A stretch of DNA of 64,000 nucleotides from the NCBI GenBank assembly GCA_017398585.1, contig JAFQFS010000156.1, positions 33,259-97,258 on the forward strand, in the 5' to 3' direction. This DNA is from Clostridia bacterium. Its GTDB lineage: Bacteria; Bacillota; Clostridia; Oscillospirales; CAG-272. Below, in pieces: positions 8,623-18,399 of the stretch. Made by a program: the position numbers and the translations under genes. Positions within the stretch are counted from its first letter, which is position 1. Each line of letters starts with the position of its first letter. The notes under the pieces are model-generated. The model searched no databases. It was not told the DNA's origin and saw only the letters and a list, made by a program, of their open reading frames with translations.

Positions 8623-11133
8623 ATGATGGATACAGTAAAATTCAGAGATCCGTCCCTTCCGATCGAGGAGAGGGTACAGGATCTGATGTTGCGCATGACG
8701 ATCCGTGAGAAGATTGCGGTAATTATTGAAACCTCCCCTGCCAACGAACGTCTCGGGATTCCGAAATACAACCACGGCAACGAAGCTCTGCACGGTGTTG
8801 TCCGTCCCGGGCGTTTTACCGTCTTCCCACAGGCGATCGCGCTCGGTGCAACGTTTGACGATACCCTGATCGAGGAGATCGCCGATGCGATCTCGGACGA
8901 ATCGCGCGCCGTTTATCATCACGGCAAGGGTGTCTGTGTCACAGAGGAGGAATACGAGGGACGGTACAACGGCCTTCTGACCTTCTGGTCGCCGGACCTT
9001 AATATCTGCCGCGACCCCCGCTGGGGCAGAACGGGAGAAACGTACGGGGAGGATCCGTATCTTGCCGGAAAAATGGGTGCGGCATTTGTGCGCGGTCTGC
9101 AGGGCAAGGACCCCAGATATCTGAAAGCGGTTGCGACACCGAAGCATTATACGGCGAACAACGAGGAGCATAACCGCTTCAGCTGCAATGCGGAAATGAG
9201 CGAAAAGACGCTCCGGGAGTATCATCTGGAACCGTTCCGCAGGGCGGTTGAGGAAGGACATCCCGCGGCGGTCATGGCGGCATACAATGCGATCAACGGC
9301 GAACCCTGTCATCAGAATCCGTATCTCTTAAAGACGATTCTGCGCGACGAATGGGGCTTTGACGGATATGTGGTCTCCGACTGCAGCGGCATTGCCCGGC
9401 TCTGGGACGCCCATCACAAGCATGAGGATCCCGCGGATGCTGCATCGGCGGCGCTGAATGCGGGTGTCGATCTGGAATGCGGAAGCTACAGCCCGTATGA
9501 ACATTTTTATATGGAATTTCTGGAACGTCAGCTTGCCTGCGGAAAAACGACGGAGGCGCGTATTGACGAAGCCTGCCGCCGTGTGCTGACCGCACGGTTC
9601 CGGCTCGGTCAGTTTGATCCCGAGGAGGACGTTCCGTTCAGTAAGATCCCGCTGTCCGTGGTCGGATGCGAGCGTCACGCCGAACTTGCCTACCGTGCAG
9701 CGGCAGAATCCATTGTTCTGCTGAAAAATAACGGAATTCTTCCGCTCCGTCCGGACATGAAGGTTGCCGTCGTCGGCAACAATGCCCATCTGTGCCAGTT
9801 CGGGGACTACAGCGGCCGGCCGAAGAACACGCCGGTATCTCCTCTGGACGGTATCCGTGCGGCAGGCAGCGAAAACGTAAGCTCCGTCCGTTTTATGGGA
9901 ATCCGTTCCGCGGAGGACTATACCGTCATTACCGGCGAATATCTGCGCGATCCCGACGGCAATCCCGGTCTGCGCGGCAGTTATTACAACAATGCCGGAC
10001 TTCTCGGGAACCATAAAGTCCGTACGGACGCGGCGATCGACTTTGCGTGGCGTGACCAGATGCCCGATCCGTACATTGAAGTACCTCAGTATTCCATCCG
10101 ATGGGAGGGTACGCTTTGTCCTGAGGTCAGCGGTACCTATTTCCTGCGTCTGACTTACAGCGGCTGTGCACCGTGTGAGACTCCGAAGATCACGCTTGAC
10201 GGGGAACCGACCGGCACACAGACGGCAATTTCCCTTGAAGCGGGTACGAAGCATCCCATCACTGTGGAATATGTAAAATCCGATGAGAATCCGTCGATCC
10301 GTCTGATGTGGATCATGCCTTCCTCCGGGGAAGAAGGACTCTTCGGGGCGGAATGCAGAGCCGCACGTGAGGCGGACGCCGTCGTTGCCGTCGTGGGTCT
10401 AGGCAGGGAATACGAGAGTGAGGGGAAGGACAAGGATTCCCTGAATCTTCCTCCGGAGCAGGAAGAACTTCTGCGCCGTCTGTGGGAGGTCAATCCGAAT
10501 CTGATCGTCGTTCTTGAGACGGGCAGTCCCATGACGATTCCGGACATTCACGAACATTCTGCCGCTGTGATCGAAGCATGGTATCCCGGTGAGTCGGGCG
10601 GCCGTGCACTGGCGGATATTCTGTACGGTAAGGTCAGCCCCTCCGGACGTCTCTGCGCATCCTTCCCGATGTCCCCGGATGATATCCCCGCATTCAATGA
10701 CTACGAAATGTCCCACGGCAGGACGTATATGTACAATACAAACATGCCGCTGTATCCGTTCGGCTTCGGTCTGTCCTATACGACGTTCGCATACTCCGAC
10801 CTCTCTGCGGATCGGAATACGGTCTCGGTCCGGGTGAAAAACACGGGCAGCCGTGCCGGCGATGAGGTCGTACAGCTGTATCTTGACAGCGCGGGATGTT
10901 CGAATCAGCCGATGCTCCGTCTGGTCCGCTTCAAGAGGGTCACTCTTGCGGCAGGAGAGGAGCAGACCGTGGTCTTTGATCTGGATGACCGCTGCTTCAC
11001 GCTGTTCTCCGATGAGGGAAACGAGCAGTTTGTGAACGGTACGTACAAGGTTTTCGCGGGCGGATCTCTGCCCACGGAGCGCAGCCTTGTTCTTGGTGCC
11101 GCACCGACGGTCAGCGCGGAGATCACCGTCTGA
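8623..11133 (+). CDS. GH3 beta-glucosidase/beta-xylosidase with inserted PA14-like domain
   Basis: 836 aa. GH3 N-domain (LGIPKYNHGNEALHGV), nucleophile region GFDGYVVSDCSGI, PA14-like stretch GLRGSYYNNAGLLGNHKVRTDAAIDFAW, and a C-terminal FnIII-like end. Confidence 0.9.
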   Translation: MMDTVKFRDPSLPIEERVQDLMLRMTIREKIAVIIETSPANERLGIPKYNHGNEALHGVVRPGRFTVFPQAIALGATFDDTLIEEIADAISDESRAVYHHGKGVCVTEEEYEGRYNGLLTFWSPDLNICRDPRWGRTGETYGEDPYLAGKMGAAFVRGLQGKDPRYLKAVATPKHYTANNEEHNRFSCNAEMSEKTLREYHLEPFRRAVEEGHPAAVMAAYNAINGEPCHQNPYLLKTILRDEWGFDGYVVSDCSGIARLWDAHHKHEDPADAASAALNAGVDLECGSYSPYEHFYMEFLERQLACGKTTEARIDEACRRVLTARFRLGQFDPEEDVPFSKIPLSVVGCERHAELAYRAAAESIVLLKNNGILPLRPDMKVAVVGNNAHLCQFGDYSGRPKNTPVSPLDGIRAAGSENVSSVRFMGIRSAEDYTVITGEYLRDPDGNPGLRGSYYNNAGLLGNHKVRTDAAIDFAWRDQMPDPYIEVPQYSIRWEGTLCPEVSGTYFLRLTYSGCAPCETPKITLDGEPTGTQTAISLEAGTKHPITVEYVKSDENPSIRLMWIMPSSGEEGLFGAECRAAREADAVVAVVGLGREYESEGKDKDSLNLPPEQEELLRRLWEVNPNLIVVLETGSPMTIPDIHEHSAAVIEAWYPGESGGRALADILYGKVSPSGRLCASFPMSPDDIPAFNDYEMSHGRTYMYNTNMPLYPFGFGLSYTTFAYSDLSADRNTVSVRVKNTGSRAGDEVVQLYLDSAGCSNQPMLRLVRFKRVTLAAGEEQTVVFDLDDRCFTLFSDEGNEQFVNGTYKVFAGGSLPTERSLVLGAAPTVSAEITV

Positions 11134-11151
11134 ACTGCACATTGAAGAAAG

Positions 11152-11196
11152 ACAGCCGCCGGAGGTATTGGGGAATATCTCCGGCGGCTGTTTATC
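11152..11196 (+). terminator. rho-independent terminator after GH3
   Basis: Arms ACAGCCGCCGGAG (11152-11164) and CTCCGGCGGCTGT (11179-11191), followed by TTAT. Confidence 0.6.
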
Positions 11197-11389
11197 TGAG
11201 CGGAAGCGGTACAGGAGGGCTTGCTTCAAACGGCAATGCTTCTGCGCTGTTTTCGGGAGAAAAAACTTTTCAAGTGAATTATACTTAAAAAGAACCTTTT
11301 TGTGTCTGGAAACCACCGAATGTGTGCTGGAAGAGGGGGGGAAACTTTACCCAAACGTCATTTGAAGGACATTCCTGTGACCATGCCTG

Positions 11390-12063
11390 ACCGTATTACC
11401 GGATTGTTACCGGCGATACCGCCTACAATATTGCTATCGGCTGGCCGGGAAGCTGGCAGTCCTGGTTTGAAAAGGCCTCGGACGGCTTCCGTATCGGTGC
11501 AAAGCAGGAAGATACCAATTTTTATCTGAAACCGGGCGAGATCGCGCGTTCCCCGCGAATGGTGGTCATGGCCCTTAAAGGCGACTCTGACCGTGCCGTC
11601 AATATGTGGAGACGCTGGTACTTCGCTCACTGTCTCAATCGTTCTCAGGGCAATCCGCTCGGTGCGAAATCCTGCTACGTTCATACCGGCGGCGGTGATG
11701 AATTCACTCTTGCCGATGAAGAGAACCAGCTCGGTGCTATTTCTACTGGGAAAACTTGTACTGGATCCGCAGACGCTTCCGATACAGTTTCAGCTCGGAG
11801 GCAAAACGTACCGCGGAATGCCCGAAAACTGCGTGACAGAGCGGAACGGTATGAAAATCACCTGCACCGCGCGCATTGAAATCGAAGTGATCCGCAACAA
11901 CGGCGCACCGGACGAATCTCTGACCGTATCTCCACGCCTGAGAGAAGGAAAGTATTGTTTCAGAAATATGAGAAGCGGCGAAGAGTTTGTTTACGAAGGC
12001 GGAGAAATCACGTTCCGTCAGGCAATCCGTACGGTAACTTTGTGGGAATATCGGAAGATCTGA
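11390..12063 (+). pseudogene. scrambled remnant of a GH36-like glycoside hydrolase
   Basis: One frame reads AIGWPGSWQSWFEKASDGFRIGAKQEDTNFYLKPGEIARSPRMVVMALKGDSDRAVNMWRRWYFAH, which looks like a GH36 N-terminal sandwich. A second frame reads LPIQFQLGGKTYRGMPENCVTERNG...YCFRNMRSGEEFVYEGGEITFRQAIRTVTLWEYRKI*, which looks like a C-terminal end. No frame stays intact. Confidence 0.55.
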
Positions 12064-12077
12064 GTGTTTTCGGAAGG

Positions 12078-12113
12078 AAACTGATATTAGGATAAAAACT
12101 GATATTAGGATAA
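12078..12113. repeat. perfect 18-bp tandem duplication
   Basis: AAACTGATATTAGGATAA occurs twice back to back (12078-12095 and 12096-12113). Confidence 0.9.
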
Positions 12114-12132
12114 ATTGAAAAAATAGCAGAAA

Positions 12133-12167
12133 GTGCATCCGTGAGACAAATCAGCGGATGCACTTTT
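12133..12167 (+). terminator. rho-independent terminator
   Basis: Arms GTGCATCCG (12133-12141) and CGGATGCAC (12155-12163), then TTTT. Confidence 0.55.
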
Positions 12168-12323
12168 GGCTGTTTATTGTATGGAGAAGTCCGTTAAAAA
12201 TTCGACTGACATGGGGTGTTACGTTTTTGTGAACAATTGCGGCTTGTTCTTGCAATTCGCAGGGAATTATGGGATGATACCTTTGTCGATTGAAAAAATC
12301 CTTATTGGACAGGAGGTTTCAGA

Positions 12324-13784
12324 ATGAATTATATTCCAACGACAGCGGCAGAAACCGGAAGCTATCTGTGTACGTGGGATCGTCAGTCATTCGTTGCGGG
12401 AAAATACGGTATTCAGGGTGCCGCGAGTCAACGCGATGCTCTGATACCGGAGTATCTGTTCGGAGATGAACAGGACTATCACTGGCTGCCCCGGGAATTC
12501 CGGAGCGGACTGTATTTTCTGCTTGATGACGGCTGGGATACTCCGCCGCATACCGCAAACAACAGCTCCGTTCGTCCGTTCGGTGCAGTCGATCCGGATC
12601 CCGTAAGGTTCGGGTCACTGGGAAAGACGCCCGAAGAACGTCTCAGCGCGCTGAACCGGCTGGCACGGGAGTGGGGCTATATCGGCCTTGGCCTGTGGAT
12701 TTCGCCGCAGATGTACATGGAAGACCGCCGGGTGGGTGCAGAGGAGGCACGCGATTACTGGAAGGAACGCGCGATCCGGTGTCAGCAGGCGGGCGTACGG
12801 TACTGGAAGGTGGACTGGGGCGCACACGACCATGAGGTGGACTACCGCCGTATGCTCACGGAAGTTGTGAGGGAGTATGCACCGGATATCGCTGTGGAAC
12901 ACACCTATGTCCAGATGCCGCTGACCGATCTGATCAATCGGGAAAATCGCCAAAGGGAATCCCGCGAGGTGTTTGCCTTCAGCGACTTCTTCCGTACCTA
13001 TGACGTAATGTGGCCGTTTGCCGACAGTACAACGCTTGCCCGGATCCATGAGCTGCTTTCCGACCCGCTTCCCTTTGAACTGGGAGCGAAAGGGATGCTG
13101 AGTACCGAGGAACAGCAGTTTATCGCGGCAGGTTTGGGATGCGCCATCGGCATCATGAATCCGGCAGTGGAGACCCGTGCGGTGCTTCGCTGGCAGCGGC
13201 TTGCTCCTCCGTTCAGCGCATCGGAGTCAAATTATGTGTTCTCTGAGGAAGTGCTGACCGACTGTTATGATTATCCGAAAAATCCTGTCCGTTGGGTTCC
13301 CGTCGGCGGCAGAGTGATCCGGGAAACCGCACCGGCGGTTATGGCGCGCGGGTGTACGCTGCCGACGGTGAATCCTGTCGGGAAGGAAAAGCCCTATGTC
13401 CTTGTTTCCCGCAATCCGCACACGGGTGCGTATGCGATCGCATCCATCCGCCGCAATATTGTACCCAATCCGATGACGGTCGTTCCTGCCGATGTGACAT
13501 GGGAACTGGAGAACATGGATGCCTTTGTCGGGGTATTCGGATATTTTGAAAGTCTGACATTGGTTTATTCTCAGGAGATTCCTTCCGGATGCCGTGTTTT
13601 CGCTCAGAATCTGATGGATGACGAGGCTCAGGATATCACCGGGCAGGTTCAGACAGAGGGAAACCGGCTGACGATCCCCGGACGTACGCTTATGCAGACC
13701 GGCGTGTGCAACTATGCCTACCGTGATATGAGGGGGCGGAAAATGTCCGATCCCATGCTGCTGATCCGGATGGAACAGCAGTGA
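12324..13784 (+). CDS. putative glycoside hydrolase, clan GH-D-like (GH27/GH36-type DDGW motif)
   Basis: 486 aa with GGAGG RBS. YFLLDDGWD and VRYWKVDWG resemble the alpha-galactosidase-type DDGW and KxD motifs. The family is not resolved by eye. Confidence 0.5.
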   Translation: MNYIPTTAAETGSYLCTWDRQSFVAGKYGIQGAASQRDALIPEYLFGDEQDYHWLPREFRSGLYFLLDDGWDTPPHTANNSSVRPFGAVDPDPVRFGSLGKTPEERLSALNRLAREWGYIGLGLWISPQMYMEDRRVGAEEARDYWKERAIRCQQAGVRYWKVDWGAHDHEVDYRRMLTEVVREYAPDIAVEHTYVQMPLTDLINRENRQRESREVFAFSDFFRTYDVMWPFADSTTLARIHELLSDPLPFELGAKGMLSTEEQQFIAAGLGCAIGIMNPAVETRAVLRWQRLAPPFSASESNYVFSEEVLTDCYDYPKNPVRWVPVGGRVIRETAPAVMARGCTLPTVNPVGKEKPYVLVSRNPHTGAYAIASIRRNIVPNPMTVVPADVTWELENMDAFVGVFGYFESLTLVYSQEIPSGCRVFAQNLMDDEAQDITGQVQTEGNRLTIPGRTLMQTGVCNYAYRDMRGRKMSDPMLLIRMEQQ

Positions 13785-13827
13785 ACCTGTGGGGGAACAC
13801 TTGGCGGTTTTTCTTCCAAAAACGAAT

Positions 13828-13877
13828 GAAATCCCTGCTTCTGCGGAATCTTTCGGATTCACAGAAGCAGGGATTTC
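13828..13877. terminator. long hairpin downstream of the GH-D-like gene
   Basis: 16-bp arms GAAATCCCTGCTTCTG (13828-13843) and CAGAAGCAGGGATTTC (13862-13877) with a nested GAATC/GATTC stem. No clear T-run follows. Confidence 0.45.
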
Positions 13878-13934
13878 AGGTTGAAGACGAAAAAGCAGAA
13901 TTGTCTCAGACACAATCTTTGTCTTGATAAATCT

Positions 13935-14075
13935 CCATGCGTACGTGCCCATCACGCCAATGCGGTACAGGCAGTTCTGGCAGCTTCCGGTGTGAAGTTT
14001 TTGTTTCTGCCGCCATACAGTACTCCGGTTCGGGAAGTCCCGTTTTTGCAAGTTCATGATAAATTGTGGGGATTC
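13935..14075 (+). pseudogene. IS630/Tc1-mariner-type transposase C-terminal relic
   Basis: HHANAVQAVLAASGVKFLFLPPYSTPV resembles the conserved ...H.a..V...L...GI.l.fLPPYSP.LNPIE block. The sequence after it is degenerate, and there is no N-terminal part or terminal inverted repeats. Confidence 0.4.
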
Positions 14076-14226
14076 CCGAATTTTACGGAAAAACCGATTG
14101 ATATCGGAAAAAAACGGATTTAATAATATAGATATTTTCTGCACAATGCGCTATAATAATGGTAAATATTACAGAAAGCCGTAAGAATCCCTGTATCTCC
14201 CGCTTTGGCGGAAAGAAAGGAAAACT

Positions 14227-17200
14227 ATGACACAAAAACACATACGTCCTGCCGAAAACATGATCGGCAGACAGACCCACAACGTCGGATTTTCTGCCGT
14301 TCCCGCACCGGTGACGGTCACCGTCGACGGCTGTTTTGACGACTGGGATCTCTCCGGACAGATTCTCTGCTGTGCGGACTCCGGGATCCGGGACATTTTT
14401 TCCGTGAAAGCTGCCGCGATGTGGGACAAGGATTATCTCTATCTTGCGTTCGACTGGCGCGATCCCTATCCGCTGATCAACCGGTTCCATCCCCTGCAGG
14501 ACAAGACCCGCGGCTGGATGGCGGACAGCGTCCAGCTGCGCGTGTTCGCCGACGGACAGCCGGCGTGGATCACATTCTGGCCGTTTGAAGGGGACAAGCC
14601 GGCGGTGGATATCGTTTATCTGCAGGATCGCGACCACATGGACGGCGACATCGAACATTCGACCGTATATTACACGGGAATCTCCGGAGAAGCGGAACTC
14701 GGCGGAGGAATCGCGTCCGCTTACCGGATGGCGGAGGACGGAAAGGGATTTTTGCACGAAGTCCGTCTGCCGTGGTCTCTGCTGTACAAAAAGCCGCATA
14801 CCGCAGTATCCGGGGAGACGATCCGCCTCGGGATGGAATTCCAGTACGGAACGCCGGGCGGAAATCAGTTCCCGATGCATCAGTATTCGGACAATATGCA
14901 GCCCGGAAAGACCTCGCGCGTGTTCTACTGGACGAACGTAGATGCGTGGGGCGATCTGACCCTGCTCGATGCTTCCGTTTCCGACCCGCGCCGCTATGTG
15001 GAAGAATCGGAAGCACCGCAGGGAAGCATTCCGCTCCGCTGCCGGATTCCCGCAGACGCAAAGACGTTTACTCTGACGATCGGTACCCCCGATGGGCGCA
15101 GGATCCGCAATGCCGCCGGAGGATTTCCGGTCGAGTCCTATAAAGTCGGGGAGGAAGACGGCGAAACCGTTGTGGAAGTGCTCTGGGACGGTCTCGACGA
15201 AAACGGTGATCTGGTTCCATCCGGAACATATCTTCTTTCGGGGCTTACGGCGGACAGGATTGACGGATATTACGAATCCAGCTTTTACAATCCCGGTACC
15301 CCGGCATGGGAAACGGGAAACAGTGAGAGTGCATGGGGGGCCGACCATATGCCCGCGCACCGTCTTGCGGCAGCGGGGGACGGCATGGTTGTCTGTTCTC
15401 AGTTTGCCGAAGGCGGATACGGCACGTTTCTCCTGAATACGGATGGGGAACAGGTTTTCCGCAAACGATGGAGCGAAAAGCGTGGTACCAATGCCGCCGC
15501 GGCGGATGACCGTTACGTTTATATCGTTCCGAACGACTGGTCGGTTTCCGGCGTACAGCTTCTCCGGATGAACGTTTCGGACGGAAGCTGCGCGCCGTTC
15601 TTCCGGGACGGTGCCGAGTGTCCGATGCCGTATCCGCTGACCGACTTGTTCGGCGTATCCGCGGAGGAACTGCCGGATGTTCTGGCGATGACGGCGGCAG
15701 GAGGACAGCTGATTGCGCGCTGTTCCGACCATACCGTCCGCGTGATCGATCCGGAAAACGGCGTACAGCGCCGTGTTTACCCTCTTGAAGCGGACGGGGC
15801 GGCGGAATCAAACCGCTTCTCCCTCGCTCACGGCGGACCGGCGAAGCGATCCGCTTCCTGTTCCGTCGCATCCGACGGCGATCATGTATGGTATATCGCG
15901 GACACTGTCGTATACCTGCTTGATCTTGCGGACGGAACGGCGGTACCGCTGCCGCTGAACGGGATCACGAAGCCGATGTGCATTGCCGCTGACCGGGAAG
16001 GGTGCATTTATCTTGCCGACGATACCTGCAGTCAGATCGTGAAGTTCACACCGGACGGGCGGGAACTCCTGCGCATCGGGAAACCGGGCGGAAGAACGCG
16101 TCAGGGAACCTACGACCGGGACGGTTTTATTGACATTACCTCGATTGCGGTGGATCGCTCCGGGCGAATCTGGGTGACGGAAGAGGGAACAAAGCCGCGA
16201 CGCATTTCAGTATGGAATCCCGACGGTACGTTCTGCCGGGAATTCATTGGAAACGCGGGTTATGCGGGACAGGGAACGTTCCTCCACAGCCATCGGCCGG
16301 ACAAGGCGTATGCCGAACTGAACGAACTGGTCTTCCGCCCTGAAACGGGAACGTGGGAGACGGAAAACGTGATGTACCGTCCCGATCCCGAAAAGGGACT
16401 TGCGGCCGCGCCGGGCTACAGCGATTTTGACAGCGGAAACGTGTTCTTCTCCTCCGCTTCCGGCGAAGAGAGGGAATATTTTGCCGTTCTCGGGATGCAG
16501 CGCACCACCTCGTTCTTCCTGATGCGGAAGGACGGGGACCGCTGGAATCCGGTCGCGGCGGTCGCTTCGGTTGCGGATCTGCAGAATCTGCTCGGCGGAC
16601 AGTACAATGCGTGGGTCGTCCGCGCGCCGTACGGGGAGTGGGCGGACAGCGATCCCGCCGACGTGGTGTTCTGGAATGACTGGAACAACGACGGTTACGT
16701 GACGAAGGACGAATGCGTGATTCTGCCGTCCTTCTGCAGAACATGGAACGGCGGGGAACCCCTTGAGAAAATCGAACCGGCGGTACCGTTTTTCTCCTGC
16801 TGCTGTTCCTCCGTCGCTCCCGACGATCTGTCTTTCCTCGGGACGCTGCGGGAAGAGGGGCAGCCGGATGCGGTCTGCCTCGTTAAGCCGGTGTCCTTCC
16901 GCGACGACGGGCGTCCGGTTTATCTTCCGGAAGGAATCCGCAGGATCACGGACCGGTTTGAACTGCACGGTTCGTCCGCGCAGCTTCCCGGAAAGGGGCT
17001 TGCGGTTGCGTTCATCCGTCAGAACGACAAAAACTGGATTGCGGGATTCGACCGTGAAACCGGCGTCATCCGCTGGAAATACGCGTCTCCTTATCATGGC
17101 GTTCACGGTTCCCATACCGCACCCATGCCGAAACCGGGGATGCTGATCGGATGTCTGAAGATCGCGGGGATTGCCGAACACTGCGGGGATTCCGACGTGT

Positions 17201-18231
17201 TCATGATCCGCGGCAATCTTGGGGAGGACTATTTCCTCACCACGGACGGGATGTACATTGACCGTCTGACGAGAGACAGCCGTCTTCCGGGGATTTCGTA
17301 TCCCGAAACACCGGAGGAACTGCGGAAAGTTTCGTTCTCTCAGTTTTCCGGACGTGGGGAACACTTTTCCGGAGTGTTGACCAGACAGTCGGACGGCGTT
17401 ATCCGCTGTTCGGGCGGTCTTCCCGCCTGCCAGGCAGGAAACATCCTCCGGATCGAGGGACTGGAATCCGTCCGTCATCTTGCGCCGGTAACGTTTGAGA
17501 TCACCGAAAAAGACCTTTATGAGGCGAAGGAGGACAACCGTGCCCGCGCACTGGCGGAAAAGAAGTCCGCCGGACCGCTGCGGATCACCCGCGACGATAT
17601 GGGATGGGAGAATGCCGTACCGGCGGAGATTTCCCGCGAGGGACAGCAGATCCGGGGTACATTCCGTGCGATGTACGACGAAAATGCACTGCATCTGCAC
17701 TGGGACGTAAAAGGGATCCGCTGGCGCAACGGCGGAAACGACTGGCATATTTTATTCAAAACCGGGGACTGTGTGGATTTCCAGTGCAGTCCGTCCGCGA
17801 ACCGGGAGCAGAGTGCCGCTGACGGGGACTTCCGTCTGCTGATCGCGCCGTATATGGGGGACAATGCCGTGGTTCTGATGAAGCAGTGCAGCAGTACGGC
17901 GGATGAGCGGGATGCGTTTGTTTACACGTCTCCCGTGATGGATGCACCATTTGACGAGGTACGCAGACTGCGGGAGATTCATCCCGACGTGTCGGCGGAT
18001 GCGGAAGGCGTGACGGTGCGGGTCCGTGTACCGTGGAGCGGCCTCGGCATGGCGCCTCCGGCAGCGGGAACTGCGCTTGCAGGAGACATTGGGATCATTG
18101 CCGCGGATGCGGAAGGAAAGAGCAATGCGGCGCGTATTTACCGAAGCAACACCTGCACCAATCTGGTCAACGATCAGCCCGGAGAAGCGGTTCTTCATCC
18201 GGAGGCATTTTCGGAGATCCGTTTTGAATGA
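14227..18231 (+). CDS. large multidomain protein: CBM9/DOMON-like ends, FlgD-Ig-like module, NHL-type beta-propeller; function unknown
   Basis: 1334 aa. VTVDGCFDDWDLSG...AAAMWDKDYLYLAFDW at the N-terminus and FRAMYDENALHLHWDV near the C-terminus (CBM9-like). VLWDGLDENGDLVPSGTYLL (FlgD-Ig-like). IAADREGCIYLADDTCSQIVKFTPDGREL and IAVDRSGRIWVTEEG (NHL-like). No signal peptide. Confidence 0.6.
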   Translation: MTQKHIRPAENMIGRQTHNVGFSAVPAPVTVTVDGCFDDWDLSGQILCCADSGIRDIFSVKAAAMWDKDYLYLAFDWRDPYPLINRFHPLQDKTRGWMADSVQLRVFADGQPAWITFWPFEGDKPAVDIVYLQDRDHMDGDIEHSTVYYTGISGEAELGGGIASAYRMAEDGKGFLHEVRLPWSLLYKKPHTAVSGETIRLGMEFQYGTPGGNQFPMHQYSDNMQPGKTSRVFYWTNVDAWGDLTLLDASVSDPRRYVEESEAPQGSIPLRCRIPADAKTFTLTIGTPDGRRIRNAAGGFPVESYKVGEEDGETVVEVLWDGLDENGDLVPSGTYLLSGLTADRIDGYYESSFYNPGTPAWETGNSESAWGADHMPAHRLAAAGDGMVVCSQFAEGGYGTFLLNTDGEQVFRKRWSEKRGTNAAAADDRYVYIVPNDWSVSGVQLLRMNVSDGSCAPFFRDGAECPMPYPLTDLFGVSAEELPDVLAMTAAGGQLIARCSDHTVRVIDPENGVQRRVYPLEADGAAESNRFSLAHGGPAKRSASCSVASDGDHVWYIADTVVYLLDLADGTAVPLPLNGITKPMCIAADREGCIYLADDTCSQIVKFTPDGRELLRIGKPGGRTRQGTYDRDGFIDITSIAVDRSGRIWVTEEGTKPRRISVWNPDGTFCREFIGNAGYAGQGTFLHSHRPDKAYAELNELVFRPETGTWETENVMYRPDPEKGLAAAPGYSDFDSGNVFFSSASGEEREYFAVLGMQRTTSFFLMRKDGDRWNPVAAVASVADLQNLLGGQYNAWVVRAPYGEWADSDPADVVFWNDWNNDGYVTKDECVILPSFCRTWNGGEPLEKIEPAVPFFSCCCSSVAPDDLSFLGTLREEGQPDAVCLVKPVSFRDDGRPVYLPEGIRRITDRFELHGSSAQLPGKGLAVAFIRQNDKNWIAGFDRETGVIRWKYASPYHGVHGSHTAPMPKPGMLIGCLKIAGIAEHCGDSDVFMIRGNLGEDYFLTTDGMYIDRLTRDSRLPGISYPETPEELRKVSFSQFSGRGEHFSGVLTRQSDGVIRCSGGLPACQAGNILRIEGLESVRHLAPVTFEITEKDLYEAKEDNRARALAEKKSAGPLRITRDDMGWENAVPAEISREGQQIRGTFRAMYDENALHLHWDVKGIRWRNGGNDWHILFKTGDCVDFQCSPSANREQSAADGDFRLLIAPYMGDNAVVLMKQCSSTADERDAFVYTSPVMDAPFDEVRRLREIHPDVSADAEGVTVRVRVPWSGLGMAPPAAGTALAGDIGIIAADAEGKSNAARIYRSNTCTNLVNDQPGEAVLHPEAFSEIRFE

Positions 18232-18324
18232 GGGGACGGGGTGAGAGAATACGTGTGAATTTTTCGGGAAAGACGGGTATACGATGTAGCCGCATACCCC
18301 GCCGTTCCGCACCCAATCTTTTTC

Positions 18325-18353
18325 TTGATAAATCCCCGGATTTGTGGTAAAAT
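18325..18353 (+). promoter_or_regulatory. sigma-A type promoter for the AAA-ATPase/PD-(D/E)XK gene
   Basis: TTGATA (18325-18330), 17-nt spacer, TGgTAAAAT with TAAAAT at 18348-18353. Confidence 0.5.
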
Positions 18354-18399
18354 AATACCGGATACTTACGAATGGATTATGACAGGAGGTGTACAGAGA

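Noticed and set aside
13911-13936. Similar 22-nt strings CAATCTTT(G/T)TCTTGATAAATC at 13911-13936 and 18311-18337 flank the 1334-aa gene, which suggested IS or transposon ends.
   Set aside because: They are direct rather than inverted, short, and lack target duplications. The second copy coincides with a good promoter -35 (TTGATA). Most likely chance or promoter-like similarity.
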